From Deltaproteobacteria bacterium (GTDB taxonomy: Bacteria > Desulfobacterota > Syntrophia > Syntrophales > UBA8958), in assembly GCA_026388335.1 (NCBI GenBank), contig JAPLJZ010000236.1:9295-73294 (forward strand): 64,000 bases of DNA, read 5' to 3'. Each line of letters begins with the position of its first letter. Positions within the stretch are counted from its first letter, which is position 1. Both the position numbers and the translations under genes were made by a program. Shown one piece after another: positions 54,957-64,000 of this stretch. The notes below the pieces were generated by a model. The model searched no databases, was not told where the DNA came from, and worked only from the letters and a program-made list of their open reading frames with translations.

Positions 54957-56159
54957 ATGACGCCAACGGCAAAGCCCGAATTAAGTTTTTTTGTATTTGC
55001 CTATTGGCATGACGCACGCTTTAAAAGTAAAGCAGGCGGGCCGATGAAGGTGTACGAACTGACCCAAAATCTCACCAAGCGCGGCCACCGGGTATATTTG
55101 TTTATTCCTAAAATCGGTTATCCGGAACAACAGACAACAGCCCATGTTTGCCCTGTTCCTTTCATCGACCTGCCTGTTTTGAGGTTCATTTCCTTTCAGG
55201 TGGTTGCCTTCTTATGGGCACTTCGTGTTGCCTTGAGCAAAGATTTTCCAGACATCATTTACGTCCGTATCATGTGGTCATTCATTCCGATGGTCCTCGG
55301 TAAACTTTTTTCTGTACCGGTGATGCTCGAAATCAATGACAGTCCCCACCGGGCATATGCTTCGACTAAGAATCCTTTCAAGAAAACCGTCGTGCATCTT
55401 ATCGATAAAATCAGTTTTCAGTTAAGCGATCACATCCTCCCGGTCAATCAGAAGATCGCACAAGAAATGTACACGTTAGAAAAAATTCCCTGGGGAAAGT
55501 TGACCGTTTTGCCGAGTGGCACGAACATCGATTTGTTTCACCCGATGGATAAGCTCCCGAGTTGCCGAAAGCTTGGTTTCGATGAATCGATAACATATAT
55601 AGGTTTTATCGGCACTTTTTTTCGTTATCAGGGAATTGATACCTTAATTGGAGCCGCTCCTTTGATTATCCAAAGGAACCCGCAGATACGATTTCTGATT
55701 CTTGGTGACGGTCCCATGAAGGATACATGGCAAACCATGATCATGGAGAGGGACTTGGAATCCTGTTTCATCTTTCCCGGTCATGTCCCTTATGAAAGTG
55801 TACCTTCCTATTGTGCGGTTATGGATATCTGCGTGGCCCCTTTTCACAGAAGCGCCGGTGATAGTTCCGGCGTGAAGATCTTCGATTATCTCGCCTGTGG
55901 GAAGCCCGTCGTGGCCGCTGATGTGGGAGAAACAAGCGTTTTTTTTGCCGACAGCGGCGCCGTTATGCTCGTCCCGCCGGAAGATCCCGCAGCCTTGGCC
56001 CAAGGACTTAATCACCTGCTGGAAAATGAAACCTTGCGTGAAGAGATGGGAAACAAAGGAAGAGCATTTATTGCCGGCAGATACAGCAGGACGCAGATTG
56101 CCGAAACTGTTGAAATGATTGCTACGAGGATTACGCTGGAGTCAAAGAAACCTCATTAA
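54957..56159 (+). CDS. GT4-family glycosyltransferase
   Basis: 400 aa. GGPMKVYELTQNLTKRGHRV, GFIGTFFRYQGIDTLI, FPGHVPYESVP, KIFDYLACGKPVVA. Confidence 0.85.
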   Translation: MTPTAKPELSFFVFAYWHDARFKSKAGGPMKVYELTQNLTKRGHRVYLFIPKIGYPEQQTTAHVCPVPFIDLPVLRFISFQVVAFLWALRVALSKDFPDIIYVRIMWSFIPMVLGKLFSVPVMLEINDSPHRAYASTKNPFKKTVVHLIDKISFQLSDHILPVNQKIAQEMYTLEKIPWGKLTVLPSGTNIDLFHPMDKLPSCRKLGFDESITYIGFIGTFFRYQGIDTLIGAAPLIIQRNPQIRFLILGDGPMKDTWQTMIMERDLESCFIFPGHVPYESVPSYCAVMDICVAPFHRSAGDSSGVKIFDYLACGKPVVAADVGETSVFFADSGAVMLVPPEDPAALAQGLNHLLENETLREEMGNKGRAFIAGRYSRTQIAETVEMIATRITLESKKPH

Positions 56160-56209
56160 ACGATCATTCAGGAGATCCTGCCTTTCCCCCGGTATTTTCA
56201 AAGGAGAAA

Positions 56210-57196
56210 ATGAAAGATAAATTTTTCACGTTTATTATCATCTTATTGAGTTGCCTGATCTCCGTGTTGGCTGCGGAGCTTTTCCTGAGGTTCTTTTTAC
56301 CCCAACCCCTTTACAGCTTTGAAAAGGGGCTTTTTATGTCATCGCCTGACTATGGTTATGCCCTAACTCCCAATGTTGAAAAATACCATCGTCAACCGGA
56401 TTACAACTATACGATCAAATCAAACTCCAAAGGATTCCGGGGGCGGGAACCGGGTATTAATGCCGATACACGCATCCTCGTCCTAGGCGATTCCTATGGG
56501 ATGGGCCAGGGCGTATCGGAAGGGAAAAGCATATGCGATTTGGCCCATCAGCACTTCAAAGGCTCCGTAAAGTCGTTGGATATCTTCAATACGTCAATTT
56601 CCGGGTATGCGGGCATCAACGAGATAGGGGTACTGAAAAGGCAGTTAAAAGATTATAAACCCCACATTGTCATCCTACTGTTCTTTTGGAACGATCTCGG
56701 CGTCACAGAATCGCTGCGCGTCCAGAACGGTTATCTGGTCGTGAATTATGGCAACTCCCAAACGGCACCCCTGCGGGAATGGCTGAACAATAACTCTCAC
56801 TTCTACGCACTGTTGAAGCGTAGCTGGTATGCTTTCAAGAGCCCCAAAGCCAAGACCGCCGATCCTGACCCTGCCATTCCTCAATCGGACATCGATGTAG
56901 CCCTTGATTACATCATCCGAATGAAGGGGATTTGCGATCAGCAAAATACAGTTTTTGTTACTATTTTACTTCCCGTAGACGGCGTTTATGCCGGGAGCCC
57001 GGCCATGCAGGCCTGCCGGGAAACGATGATTAAGGAACTGAAGAAAAACGCCGTGCTGTACCGGGACTGGACCCTGATCGTGCCACAGGAAGGCAAGAAG
57101 CAATATATCTTCGGGCATGATCAGCACTGGAATGAACTGGGCAATGCCTACTTCAGCCGGTATCTGATTCAGGTCATCGATGACGTCCTGAAATGA
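56210..57196 (+). CDS. SGNH/GDSL-family hydrolase or acyltransferase, membrane-anchored
   Basis: N-terminal TM, block I ILVLGDSYGMG and block V GHDQHWN (DxxH) near the C-terminus. Confidence 0.75.
   Translation: MKDKFFTFIIILLSCLISVLAAELFLRFFLPQPLYSFEKGLFMSSPDYGYALTPNVEKYHRQPDYNYTIKSNSKGFRGREPGINADTRILVLGDSYGMGQGVSEGKSICDLAHQHFKGSVKSLDIFNTSISGYAGINEIGVLKRQLKDYKPHIVILLFFWNDLGVTESLRVQNGYLVVNYGNSQTAPLREWLNNNSHFYALLKRSWYAFKSPKAKTADPDPAIPQSDIDVALDYIIRMKGICDQQNTVFVTILLPVDGVYAGSPAMQACRETMIKELKKNAVLYRDWTLIVPQEGKKQYIFGHDQHWNELGNAYFSRYLIQVIDDVLK
57020..57196 (+). repeat. Direct repeat copy A (3' end of the SGNH gene)
   Basis: A manual ungapped alignment with 61482..61658 (offset 4462) gives 157 identical positions out of 177. 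Confidence 0.85.
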
Positions 57197-57253
57197 GACC
57201 GGATTTTCCATAGAAGCAAAGAAGGAGATGTTGGTTTCATAGAGACTTTAAAT

Positions 57254-58825
57254 TTATTTTGCGGCGGCAATGTAATAGAGAACCACGCTGTTATAAGGAG
57301 GTGCTCCGGAAAACGATACGACTTTTTTCCAATTTGGAGGCGGGTTTTTTTCATATTTTGCATAAACGGTTTTTTGCGAAACAGGCCTGCCGATAACATC
57401 GGCTTCCAGATATCTCCTATTGAAAACGACAAAAACGTTCGATAAATTATTCAATTCTTCTTCGTCTATTTTGTTCATATCTCTAAATGTATAAGAAGAG
57501 TCATAACGTAAAAAATATTTCAGGAACAACGGCCATCTGTAATGGTGGATATAGACGGTACTGCATGGCTTCTTTATAAGATATTCGGCGACTGCAATAT
57601 ATGGTGCCGCATCATTCCCAGCGTTTATATATAACCTGTATAGCCCATAGAAATGCATTGATATTAGGATTATAATACTTACTGTAAATATCGCTATTGA
57701 TTTGGCCCCGAACTTTGTTCGGATGAAAATAAAAATGTGATAGATAAAATATGCGCTAATAATCATCGCCGGGCCTGTTATTAATGCCAGGTAATTAGCA
57801 CTTTTACCTATTAATATTCCTTCATTTAAGCTTTGAAAGCCGAATTCAAAACCGTAAAAGGGAATCACCAAACACACAACAATCAATAATGCCTTACTTT
57901 CTCTCTGCAACCATAATACCGCGAGACCGCCGACGACAAACCACCAGGTGAAGCCATACGTAGCCAAACCAGACAGGTCAAATCCCAACATATTTTTTGG
58001 GAAAAACAGCAATCCGAAATCGTAATCGTTCTTTACCATGTTAACTTGGGCAAGGCTCGTTATTCGATGAATCTCGAAGAAAGGATCCCCTGTATACAGG
58101 TAAAAATATAATGCCTCAACTATCAAAGGAATCGATAATCCAATCGCCATCCAGAGGAAGGTGGTATATTTTTTGTGGAACAATTGATAAATAGCAAGGG
58201 CGAAGAACATAAATATAGAGGTTACCCGGGCCATATAGGCTAAGGCAATAAGGATTCCGGATAAAAGGAGCAATAAGATCTTCCGATGGTTTGAAGAGGC
58301 GTTTTCCTCGACCATAATGTAGCACAAAATCGCCAGGGTAGATAGGAAAGGGATGAAACTATCCGGGCCCACACAATTTGCGTTGCCGATGTTTAATGGG
58401 TAAATAATCAATAATCCCGAGGCTATAATGGCTATTTCCATGTTAAAGATTATCTTGCCAAGCTGGAATACCACTACAATATTCAGTAACGAGAATATAT
58501 ACGGAAAAATACATGAAGACACGTCATTAACCCCAAAAATCATGAAGCTGAACGCGGTTGGCAGCAGGACGGAATATCGGAATCCGTACCATCCATGAAT
58601 CGAATCTAAATTATAATTACCCGAGGCAATATCATAGGCATACTGGGCATAGACAAAGGCGTCCGAGCCACGAATGCCGCCGGAGAAAAAAATACATCGC
58701 ACGACAAAGGCGGCAAGCAATAATGCGAACAGGATTTGCCATTCTCGAGTAATCTGAAACTGATGTTCTGGGCCGTGGTTCATCGTACAATAGCCTTCCT
58801 TTAACGGGTTATGATCATAATACAT
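57254..58825 (-). CDS. GT-C-fold membrane glycosyltransferase (ArnT/PMT, GT39/GT83-like)
   Basis: 523 aa (alternative start MNHGPEH at 58783), about 12 TM segments. The first-loop region FFSGGIRGSDAFVYAQYAYDIASGNY is typical of ArnT/PMT-type enzymes. It is the only minus-strand gene between 17.9 and 64 kb. Confidence 0.65.
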   Translation of the reverse strand: MYYDHNPLKEGYCTMNHGPEHQFQITREWQILFALLLAAFVVRCIFFSGGIRGSDAFVYAQYAYDIASGNYNLDSIHGWYGFRYSVLLPTAFSFMIFGVNDVSSCIFPYIFSLLNIVVVFQLGKIIFNMEIAIIASGLLIIYPLNIGNANCVGPDSFIPFLSTLAILCYIMVEENASSNHRKILLLLLSGILIALAYMARVTSIFMFFALAIYQLFHKKYTTFLWMAIGLSIPLIVEALYFYLYTGDPFFEIHRITSLAQVNMVKNDYDFGLLFFPKNMLGFDLSGLATYGFTWWFVVGGLAVLWLQRESKALLIVVCLVIPFYGFEFGFQSLNEGILIGKSANYLALITGPAMIISAYFIYHIFIFIRTKFGAKSIAIFTVSIIILISMHFYGLYRLYINAGNDAAPYIAVAEYLIKKPCSTVYIHHYRWPLFLKYFLRYDSSYTFRDMNKIDEEELNNLSNVFVVFNRRYLEADVIGRPVSQKTVYAKYEKNPPPNWKKVVSFSGAPPYNSVVLYYIAAAK

Positions 58826-58842
58826 TTTTGGAAGGATAAAGC

Positions 58843-60138
58843 GTGACAGTTAAAAAAGTCAAACAATATTATTACCATCTGATGGCGCGTTATCTTGCTG
58901 TCAAGATTAGACCTCAAGACCACGCCGTTGAGGTGAATCCGCAAAATGACTATCTTGGCAATTTTCTTAAACACCTGATGACCATTGCCTATCCTGAGGA
59001 GGCACAAACCCTTGCGGGTCTGTCACCGGATTATCTGGTCTTGAACGGAAACCTGCATATTGAGAGGGATATACACTCTTTTTTTACATCTCTGCGCGGT
59101 CGGCTGAAGTCAGCTACGTGTCTCGTCATCATTTACTACAGCAGCCTCTGGAAACCAATTCTCATGACGGCCGCTCGATTTGGCATGAGAAATAGAATAC
59201 CGGAAATAAATTGGATTACCACAGGCGACATGATCAATTTTCTCGAACTGACAGGCTATGAGGTAATTTCAGATGAGACACGGGTTCTTATGCCCATATA
59301 CATACCCTTCCTAAGCAATTTTCTAAACCGATGGCTTGCCCCTTTGCCCCTGTTCAATTCATTATGTATGGTCCACATCATGACGGCAAAGCCCGCCATA
59401 CCTGTCTTTTTCGAACCGCCTTCGGTCTCAGTGGTGATACCGGCACGGAACGAAGCCGGCAATATAGAAGATGCGGTGAAACTAATCCCGAGAATGGGTC
59501 CTGCCGACGAGATCATCTTTGTGGAAGGCGGCTCAAGCGACAATACATGGGAGACAATCTGCGACATCCGTGATCGGTACGGGAAGGATCAACATATCAT
59601 CATTGCCAAGCAGGAGGGCCGAGGCAAGGGGGACGCCGTACGAAAGGGGTTTGCCCTCGCCTCGAAAGAAATCCTGATGATTCTGGACGCCGATTTGACT
59701 GTGCCGCCGGAGACATTGCCTCAATTCTATCAGGCCCTCGTGGAGGGCAAAGGTGAGTTCATCAACGGGAGCAGACTGGTCTATCCCATGGAAAATCGTT
59801 CAATGCGGTTCCTCAACATGATCGGTAACAAATTTTTTGCCATTGCCTTCACGTTCGCCCTGAATCAGTCTTTCAAAGACACTTTATGCGGAACGAAGGT
59901 TCTGACTCGTGATAATTATCTGAAGATAGCCGCACACCGCGATTATTTCGGCGAATTTGATCCCTTCGGCGACTTTGATCTCATCTTCGGCGCTGTGAGG
60001 ATGGGGCTTAAGGTCCGTGAGCTTCCCATCGCTTATCGGGAACGCACCTATGGCGATACCAACATCAGCCGGTGGCGGCACGGATGGCTGCTGATAAAAA
60101 TGCTGTATTGCTCAATTATAAAAATAAAATTCATATGA
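58843..60138 (+). CDS. GT2 glycosyltransferase with ~190-aa N-terminal extension (degenerate methyltransferase-like?)
   Basis: GTG start. The C-terminal part has VSVVIPARNEAGNIEDAV, FVEGGSSDNT and MILDADLTVPPE. The N-terminal part lacks a GxGxG motif. Confidence 0.75.
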   Translation: MTVKKVKQYYYHLMARYLAVKIRPQDHAVEVNPQNDYLGNFLKHLMTIAYPEEAQTLAGLSPDYLVLNGNLHIERDIHSFFTSLRGRLKSATCLVIIYYSSLWKPILMTAARFGMRNRIPEINWITTGDMINFLELTGYEVISDETRVLMPIYIPFLSNFLNRWLAPLPLFNSLCMVHIMTAKPAIPVFFEPPSVSVVIPARNEAGNIEDAVKLIPRMGPADEIIFVEGGSSDNTWETICDIRDRYGKDQHIIIAKQEGRGKGDAVRKGFALASKEILMILDADLTVPPETLPQFYQALVEGKGEFINGSRLVYPMENRSMRFLNMIGNKFFAIAFTFALNQSFKDTLCGTKVLTRDNYLKIAAHRDYFGEFDPFGDFDLIFGAVRMGLKVRELPIAYRERTYGDTNISRWRHGWLLIKMLYCSIIKIKFI

Positions 60139-60896
60139 ATCTGGAGGATATAGACAGAATCAGAACCATAGAAAATCGCCGTCGCCTTCTCAGGAACGAG
60201 AATTTACTTTTTTGGTACCGATCTCTCTACGCATCTCAATTCTCCGGGCTCGGCGATCTTGACAGGCTTATGGTGCTTGAAGTGGGCAGTGGGACGTCGC
60301 CGCTCAAACATTATTATCCCACGGTTTTAACAAGCGATGTTCTACCCCTGGACTATCTGGATTTTAGTTTCGACTGCCATCGGATCGACGAAGTTCAGGA
60401 AATCCCAAATGGCAGCATCGATATTCTGACCATGACGAATGTGCTTCATCACCTGAAAGCCCCTCTAATCTTCCTCAGTAAAGCCTCTGCCAAGCTTAAA
60501 AAGGGCGGCAGATTGATCATGACCGAACCGTATTTTTCATGGGGATCACGATTCATATACCAGTACATCCACCATGAATATTGTTCATTCGATATTGAAG
60601 AACCCGTCATCACCAATGTGGGTGGTCCCTTGACTTCAGCTAATTCAGCCATCCCCTATCTGATATTTTTTTCGGGCAGGGGATGGGATAGACATCTTAC
60701 GGATATTTACGCTGTTGATTATAGCCATGTTAATTATTTTACATCACTGTCTTATTTTATGACCGGCGGCATTTCACACCGTTTTCCCATACCCCATCGG
60801 CTATTTAAGCTTCTATTTAAGGTAGATGAAAGCCTGACGAAATGGGCTCCGGCTATCTTCAGCTCATTTTTTACCCTGGAACTTTCTAAACGATAA
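60135..60896 (+). CDS. Class I SAM-dependent methyltransferase
   Basis: ATG 60135 overlaps the upstream stop (ATGA). Motif I VLEVGSGTSP, plus ILTMTNVLHHL and GGRLIMTEP. Confidence 0.7.
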   Translation: MNLEDIDRIRTIENRRRLLRNENLLFWYRSLYASQFSGLGDLDRLMVLEVGSGTSPLKHYYPTVLTSDVLPLDYLDFSFDCHRIDEVQEIPNGSIDILTMTNVLHHLKAPLIFLSKASAKLKKGGRLIMTEPYFSWGSRFIYQYIHHEYCSFDIEEPVITNVGGPLTSANSAIPYLIFFSGRGWDRHLTDIYAVDYSHVNYFTSLSYFMTGGISHRFPIPHRLFKLLFKVDESLTKWAPAIFSSFFTLELSKR

Positions 60897-60909
60897 AGGC
60901 TATTCTGCT

Positions 60910-61491
60910 ATGAAACAAGAGGAACGGATAAACCCCATCGCGAGATTCCGTAGGCGATATTCGGGACACCTTTTTCACATATGGGCTGAAGAATATGTCG
61001 TCTGGATCACCCGCAATCTCCCTTCTTTTGAGGGCATGTTGATACGTTACAGCCTTTATCGCCTTCTATTCAAGGAGATAAAATCATTTGCCCTCATCTA
61101 TCCCGGCGTCTATTTAACCCACACTTACGGCATTAAGGTCGGACATCGATTCTCCATCAATTCCGGCACCATTATCGACGGGCGAGGAGGCATCACCATC
61201 GGAGATGACGTGATGATAGGACCGCACGCCGTAATTTATTCGTCAAGTCATGACACGACGCAACTGGACCGACCGATGACGGGCCTCGATCATATTCTTA
61301 AACCTGTCTTGATCGAGGATAACGTCTGGATAGGCGCTCACACCAGCATCCTCGGCGGTATTGTTATTGGAAAAGGTGCTATCGTGGCAGCCGGCGCCGT
61401 CGTTGTCGACGATGTTGCGAATAACTGCATCGTTGCCGGTGTACCCGCCCGTATCACGGGGAAAAGAGTCCCCCTTGCCTTGAAACGATGA
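60910..61491 (+). CDS. Hexapeptide-repeat O-acetyltransferase (WcaF/maltose-acetyltransferase-like)
   Basis: 193 aa. IIDGRGGITIGDDVMIGPHAVIYSSSHD...VWIGAHTSILGGIVIGKGAIVAAGAVV. The last 10 nt, including the stop, lie inside repeat copy B. Confidence 0.85.
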   Translation: MKQEERINPIARFRRRYSGHLFHIWAEEYVVWITRNLPSFEGMLIRYSLYRLLFKEIKSFALIYPGVYLTHTYGIKVGHRFSINSGTIIDGRGGITIGDDVMIGPHAVIYSSSHDTTQLDRPMTGLDHILKPVLIEDNVWIGAHTSILGGIVIGKGAIVAAGAVVVDDVANNCIVAGVPARITGKRVPLALKR

Positions 61492-61658
61492 TCAAGGAAT
61501 TGAAGAAAAACGCCGTGCCGTATCGGGACTGGACTCTGATCGTGCCGCAGGAAGGCAGTGAGCAATATATCTTCAGGCATGACCAGCACTGGAATGAACT
61601 GGGCAACGCCTACTTCAGCAGGTATCTGATTCAGGTTATCGACGATCTTCAGAAAGGA
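61482..61658 (+). repeat. Direct repeat copy B
   Basis: See copy A. The TGA stop of copy A (57194-57196) is GGA here. Confidence 0.85.
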
Positions 61659-61667
61659 CGACTATGA
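61488..61667 (+). pseudogene. 59-codon remnant ORF duplicating the C-terminus of the SGNH hydrolase
   Basis: MIKELKKNAVPYRDWTLIVPQEGSEQYIFRHDQHWNELGNAYFSRYLIQVIDDLQKGRL. It shares ATGA overlaps with both neighbours. It keeps the block V DxxH motif but lacks the GDS nucleophile block. It is below the 60-aa cut-off of the ORF track. Confidence 0.6.
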
Positions 61668-62410
61668 AACAATTAATAAAACAAATAGCTCATAGCCTGG
61701 GATTTCATATCAGCCGACTACCCAAAGTCGACAAAAAAAAACTTATTCAAGAATATGAGTTAGTCACGCCAAATGCAGAATACAGCCCGTGGAATATCGA
61801 CGCGTCTTTTGTGGAAACATACAACATAATCAAGCCGTTCACTATGGTTGATCAATATCGGTGCTTTGAGCTTTGGCGGCTGATCGAGGAAAGCTCAAAA
61901 TGGCAGTGTGGCAGTATTCTTGAAATAGGCGCTTGGCGCGGCGGAACCGGAGCGTTAATTGCAAAGAGGGCTAAAGAATGTGGAATCGCCGAGCGCGTCT
62001 ATCTATGCGACACCTTTACAGGCGTCGTAAAGGCCGGTCCGGAAGATTCGAGATATAAAGGTGGAGAGCATCATGATACGTCAAAACAAATAGTTGAAGA
62101 ATTGGTTTTCAACCGGCTCAACCTTGATAACGTTTCAATATTGGAAGGTATTTTCCCCGATCAAACCGCTAAGGAAATAGAAGATTTAAAATTCAGGTTT
62201 TGCCATATAGATGTTGATGTTTATCAATCGGCCAAAGACAGCGTTGATTGGATCTGGCCAAGATTGGTGTCCGGCGGCATCATTGTCTATGATGACTATG
62301 GATTCCGAAACTGTGACGGCATTACAAAATATGTTGAAGACCAGATGCTCTGTAAAGACAGACTGGTGTTTCACAATCTTAATGGTCATGCCATCGTTAT
62401 TAAAAAGTAA
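61664..62410 (+). CDS. TylF/macrocin-O-methyltransferase-family methyltransferase
   Basis: 248 aa. ILEIGAWRGGTGALIA, LCDTFTG, CHIDVDVYQS, IIVYDDYG. Confidence 0.8.
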   Translation: MKQLIKQIAHSLGFHISRLPKVDKKKLIQEYELVTPNAEYSPWNIDASFVETYNIIKPFTMVDQYRCFELWRLIEESSKWQCGSILEIGAWRGGTGALIAKRAKECGIAERVYLCDTFTGVVKAGPEDSRYKGGEHHDTSKQIVEELVFNRLNLDNVSILEGIFPDQTAKEIEDLKFRFCHIDVDVYQSAKDSVDWIWPRLVSGGIIVYDDYGFRNCDGITKYVEDQMLCKDRLVFHNLNGHAIVIKK

Positions 62411-62550
62411 GACCAGTTCGCGCATGAAAACAGCATATCAAGACCTCCGCACCTATTGACAGATTCAGGAAACTAACTATTAAAACATCATCAGTTACCG
62501 CAAATCAGTCTCCTCATTGCGTTAATTATGCTTCACGTGCAGTTAGGTCA

Positions 62551-63453
62551 TTGATTAGCCTTTTTCCGGCGGCTGGGCTTTTTAATAATATCCCTTCCAG
62601 GCCCCAAGGCGTCAGCGTCTATATGCGCGTCAAGGATGAACGTGACTGGATCGCCACCTCTATCGCTTCCATTCGAGGCATTGCCGATGAGATCGTCATT
62701 GTCGATAACGGATCGGTGGATGGCACTTATGAAATCCTCCAGGAATTGGCCCATGCGGAAAAAGGATTCATCAAACTCTGGCAGAAACCGAACCTCTATC
62801 ACGCGGAACTTTCCAACTTTGCCCTGGAACACACGTCATTTCGCTGGGCCTTCCGCTGGGACGGCGACATGGTCGCCCATACGGACGGCGAACACCCCAT
62901 CGCTGAATTGCGGGCGCGGATTCTCGGCCTGAATCCCCATCGTTATTATCTAATCTACCTTCGACACATCAATCTTTCCGGGGATGTATTCCATCAGGAT
63001 CCGAGAGAGATGGTTCATATCGAAGAATATATTCATACATTTTCCGAGGCTACACGATTCATTCACCCCGGCCGTTTCGAGGCCCTCAAGTTCCCCTTAT
63101 ATTATAAACCCCTGTTCTGGTATGAGCCCTACGTTTTCCATGTGAACATCAAATCGGCACGGCGCATGCTGTTGCGCTATTTCTGGGAAGACTGGATGGA
63201 ATTAAAGGATTACATCCACTATCCCATCCTTGAAGACTATGCTGCGGCCCACATCGAAAAGGAATTCGGGACCCCCTTAATGGAAGAAGCACAGAAGAGA
63301 TGCATGGGAAAGGTACTGCAAAACCATATCTCCTTTGACGCTGAGCGGTTCGGCCCTTACCCGGCACTGCTGAAGCCCCTTATGGATCAACCCCCATATC
63401 GCATACAATACCAAAACGGTCGCATTTCCGGGCGAACAGAACCTGGAGATTGA
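62551..63453 (+). CDS. GT2-like glycosyltransferase
   Basis: TTG start (alternative ATG 62623). VSVYMRVKDERDWIATSIASIRGIADEIVIVDNGSVDGT. Confidence 0.6.
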   Translation: MISLFPAAGLFNNIPSRPQGVSVYMRVKDERDWIATSIASIRGIADEIVIVDNGSVDGTYEILQELAHAEKGFIKLWQKPNLYHAELSNFALEHTSFRWAFRWDGDMVAHTDGEHPIAELRARILGLNPHRYYLIYLRHINLSGDVFHQDPREMVHIEEYIHTFSEATRFIHPGRFEALKFPLYYKPLFWYEPYVFHVNIKSARRMLLRYFWEDWMELKDYIHYPILEDYAAAHIEKEFGTPLMEEAQKRCMGKVLQNHISFDAERFGPYPALLKPLMDQPPYRIQYQNGRISGRTEPGD

Positions 63454-63455
63454 AC

Positions 63456-64000
63456 ATGAAAACGAGGATTCTTTATGTTATTGATGGCATAGAATTCGGC
63501 GGCGGGGAACGGGTCTTTGCCCAGATCATCAATGGTCTTCCCGAAGACCGCTATGAGACATTTTTAGCCACGGCCCCAAATGACGCCTTTCAAAAGGCCA
63601 TCACCGTTAAAAACTGCTCCTTTTTCCCTATCGATTTCTCCAACCGCTACAATGCGGCTAATCTGCTAAAACTGATCAGAATCATTAAGTATCATCGGAT
63701 AGATATCGTTCATGGTCAGGGGGCAAGAGCGGAATTCTATGCCCGTCTGGCCGCAGGTCTCACAGGACGCAAGAAATATGTGGCCACCGTTGCCATGCCG
63801 GTAGAGGGCTACGATGTCGGTCCTTGGAAGCGCCGTCTTTACGGGATATTCGACCGATTCTCCGAGCGCTTTGTGGATCGCTTTCTCGTTGTGTCTGATA
63901 TTCTCGTGAAATCAATGATTCAGGTGCATGGCATTGCACCTGGGAAAGTCGTAAAGATCTACAACGGCATTGAAACGGACCTCTATCGGCAGGAGAATCA
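63456..64000 (+). CDS. GT4-family glycosyltransferase, N-terminal part (3' end outside the window)
   Basis: ATG 63456, open to the window edge. MKTRILYVIDGIEFGGGERVFAQIINGL...IDIVHGQGARAEFYARLA is a typical GT4 N-domain. Confidence 0.75.
   Translation, partial: MKTRILYVIDGIEFGGGERVFAQIINGLPEDRYETFLATAPNDAFQKAITVKNCSFFPIDFSNRYNAANLLKLIRIIKYHRIDIVHGQGARAEFYARLAAGLTGRKKYVATVAMPVEGYDVGPWKRRLYGIFDRFSERFVDRFLVVSDILVKSMIQVHGIAPGKVVKIYNGIETDLYRQEN

Noticed and set aside
1-64000. Defence systems, prophage, integrons, IS elements, toxin-antitoxin pairs
   Set aside because: I saw no nuclease, helicase, methylase, integrase, transposase or capsid signatures in any supplied ORF. The accessory character of the window is explained by the EPS locus and the RiPP-like cassette.

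Overview
This is one contiguous 64-kb stretch of bacterial chromosome. I recognised no rRNA, tRNA, CRISPR, transposase or phage genes by eye. Nearly everything belongs to one very large exosortase/PEP-CTERM-type extracellular polysaccharide (EPS) locus.
- 1-5.5 kb: TPR proteins, one PEP-CTERM client protein, a DUF2939-like protein, and an exosortase fused to an EpsI domain.
- 5.7-9.3 kb: housekeeping-looking MBL hydrolase and PpsR, then a CHASE4-HAMP-PAS sensor with no output domain.
- 9.3-17.8 kb: the most unusual part. An LMW tyrosine phosphatase and an ExeA-like ATPase are co-transcribed with a RiPP-style cassette. The cassette has three PqqD-like proteins (one with a twin-arginine signal), two paralogous radical SAM/SPASM enzymes, and a 127-aa peptide with nine Cys-x-[ST]-G-[SG] roughly decapeptide repeats. 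It also has an HPr-kinase-like P-loop protein, an HD-GYP phosphodiesterase and an NTP_transf_5-like protein.
- 17.9-64 kb: a ~46-kb, almost entirely plus-strand glycan assembly line.
  - Export and polymerisation: Wza, a Wzc-type tyrosine autokinase with an extra C-terminal TM+SPOR domain, a frameshifted O-antigen-ligase-like polymerase, and a Wzx flippase.
  - Sugar-nucleotide enzymes: WecB, three amino-sugar modules (dehydrogenase or dehydratase + DegT aminotransferase + acetyltransferase), and several SDR enzymes.
  - Tailoring enzymes: two AsnB-type amidotransferases, formyl-/methyl-/acetyl-transferases, two further radical SAM enzymes (one B12-type), and an SGNH hydrolase.
  - Glycosyltransferases: GT2, GT4 and GT-C types.
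  - Rearrangement scar: a 177-nt direct repeat brackets a 4.46-kb four-gene insert.
I recognised no initiating polyprenyl-phosphate sugar transferase in the window. All calls come from reading the supplied ORF translations and the DNA. No searches were run, so family names are motif-based recognitions that need HMM confirmation.
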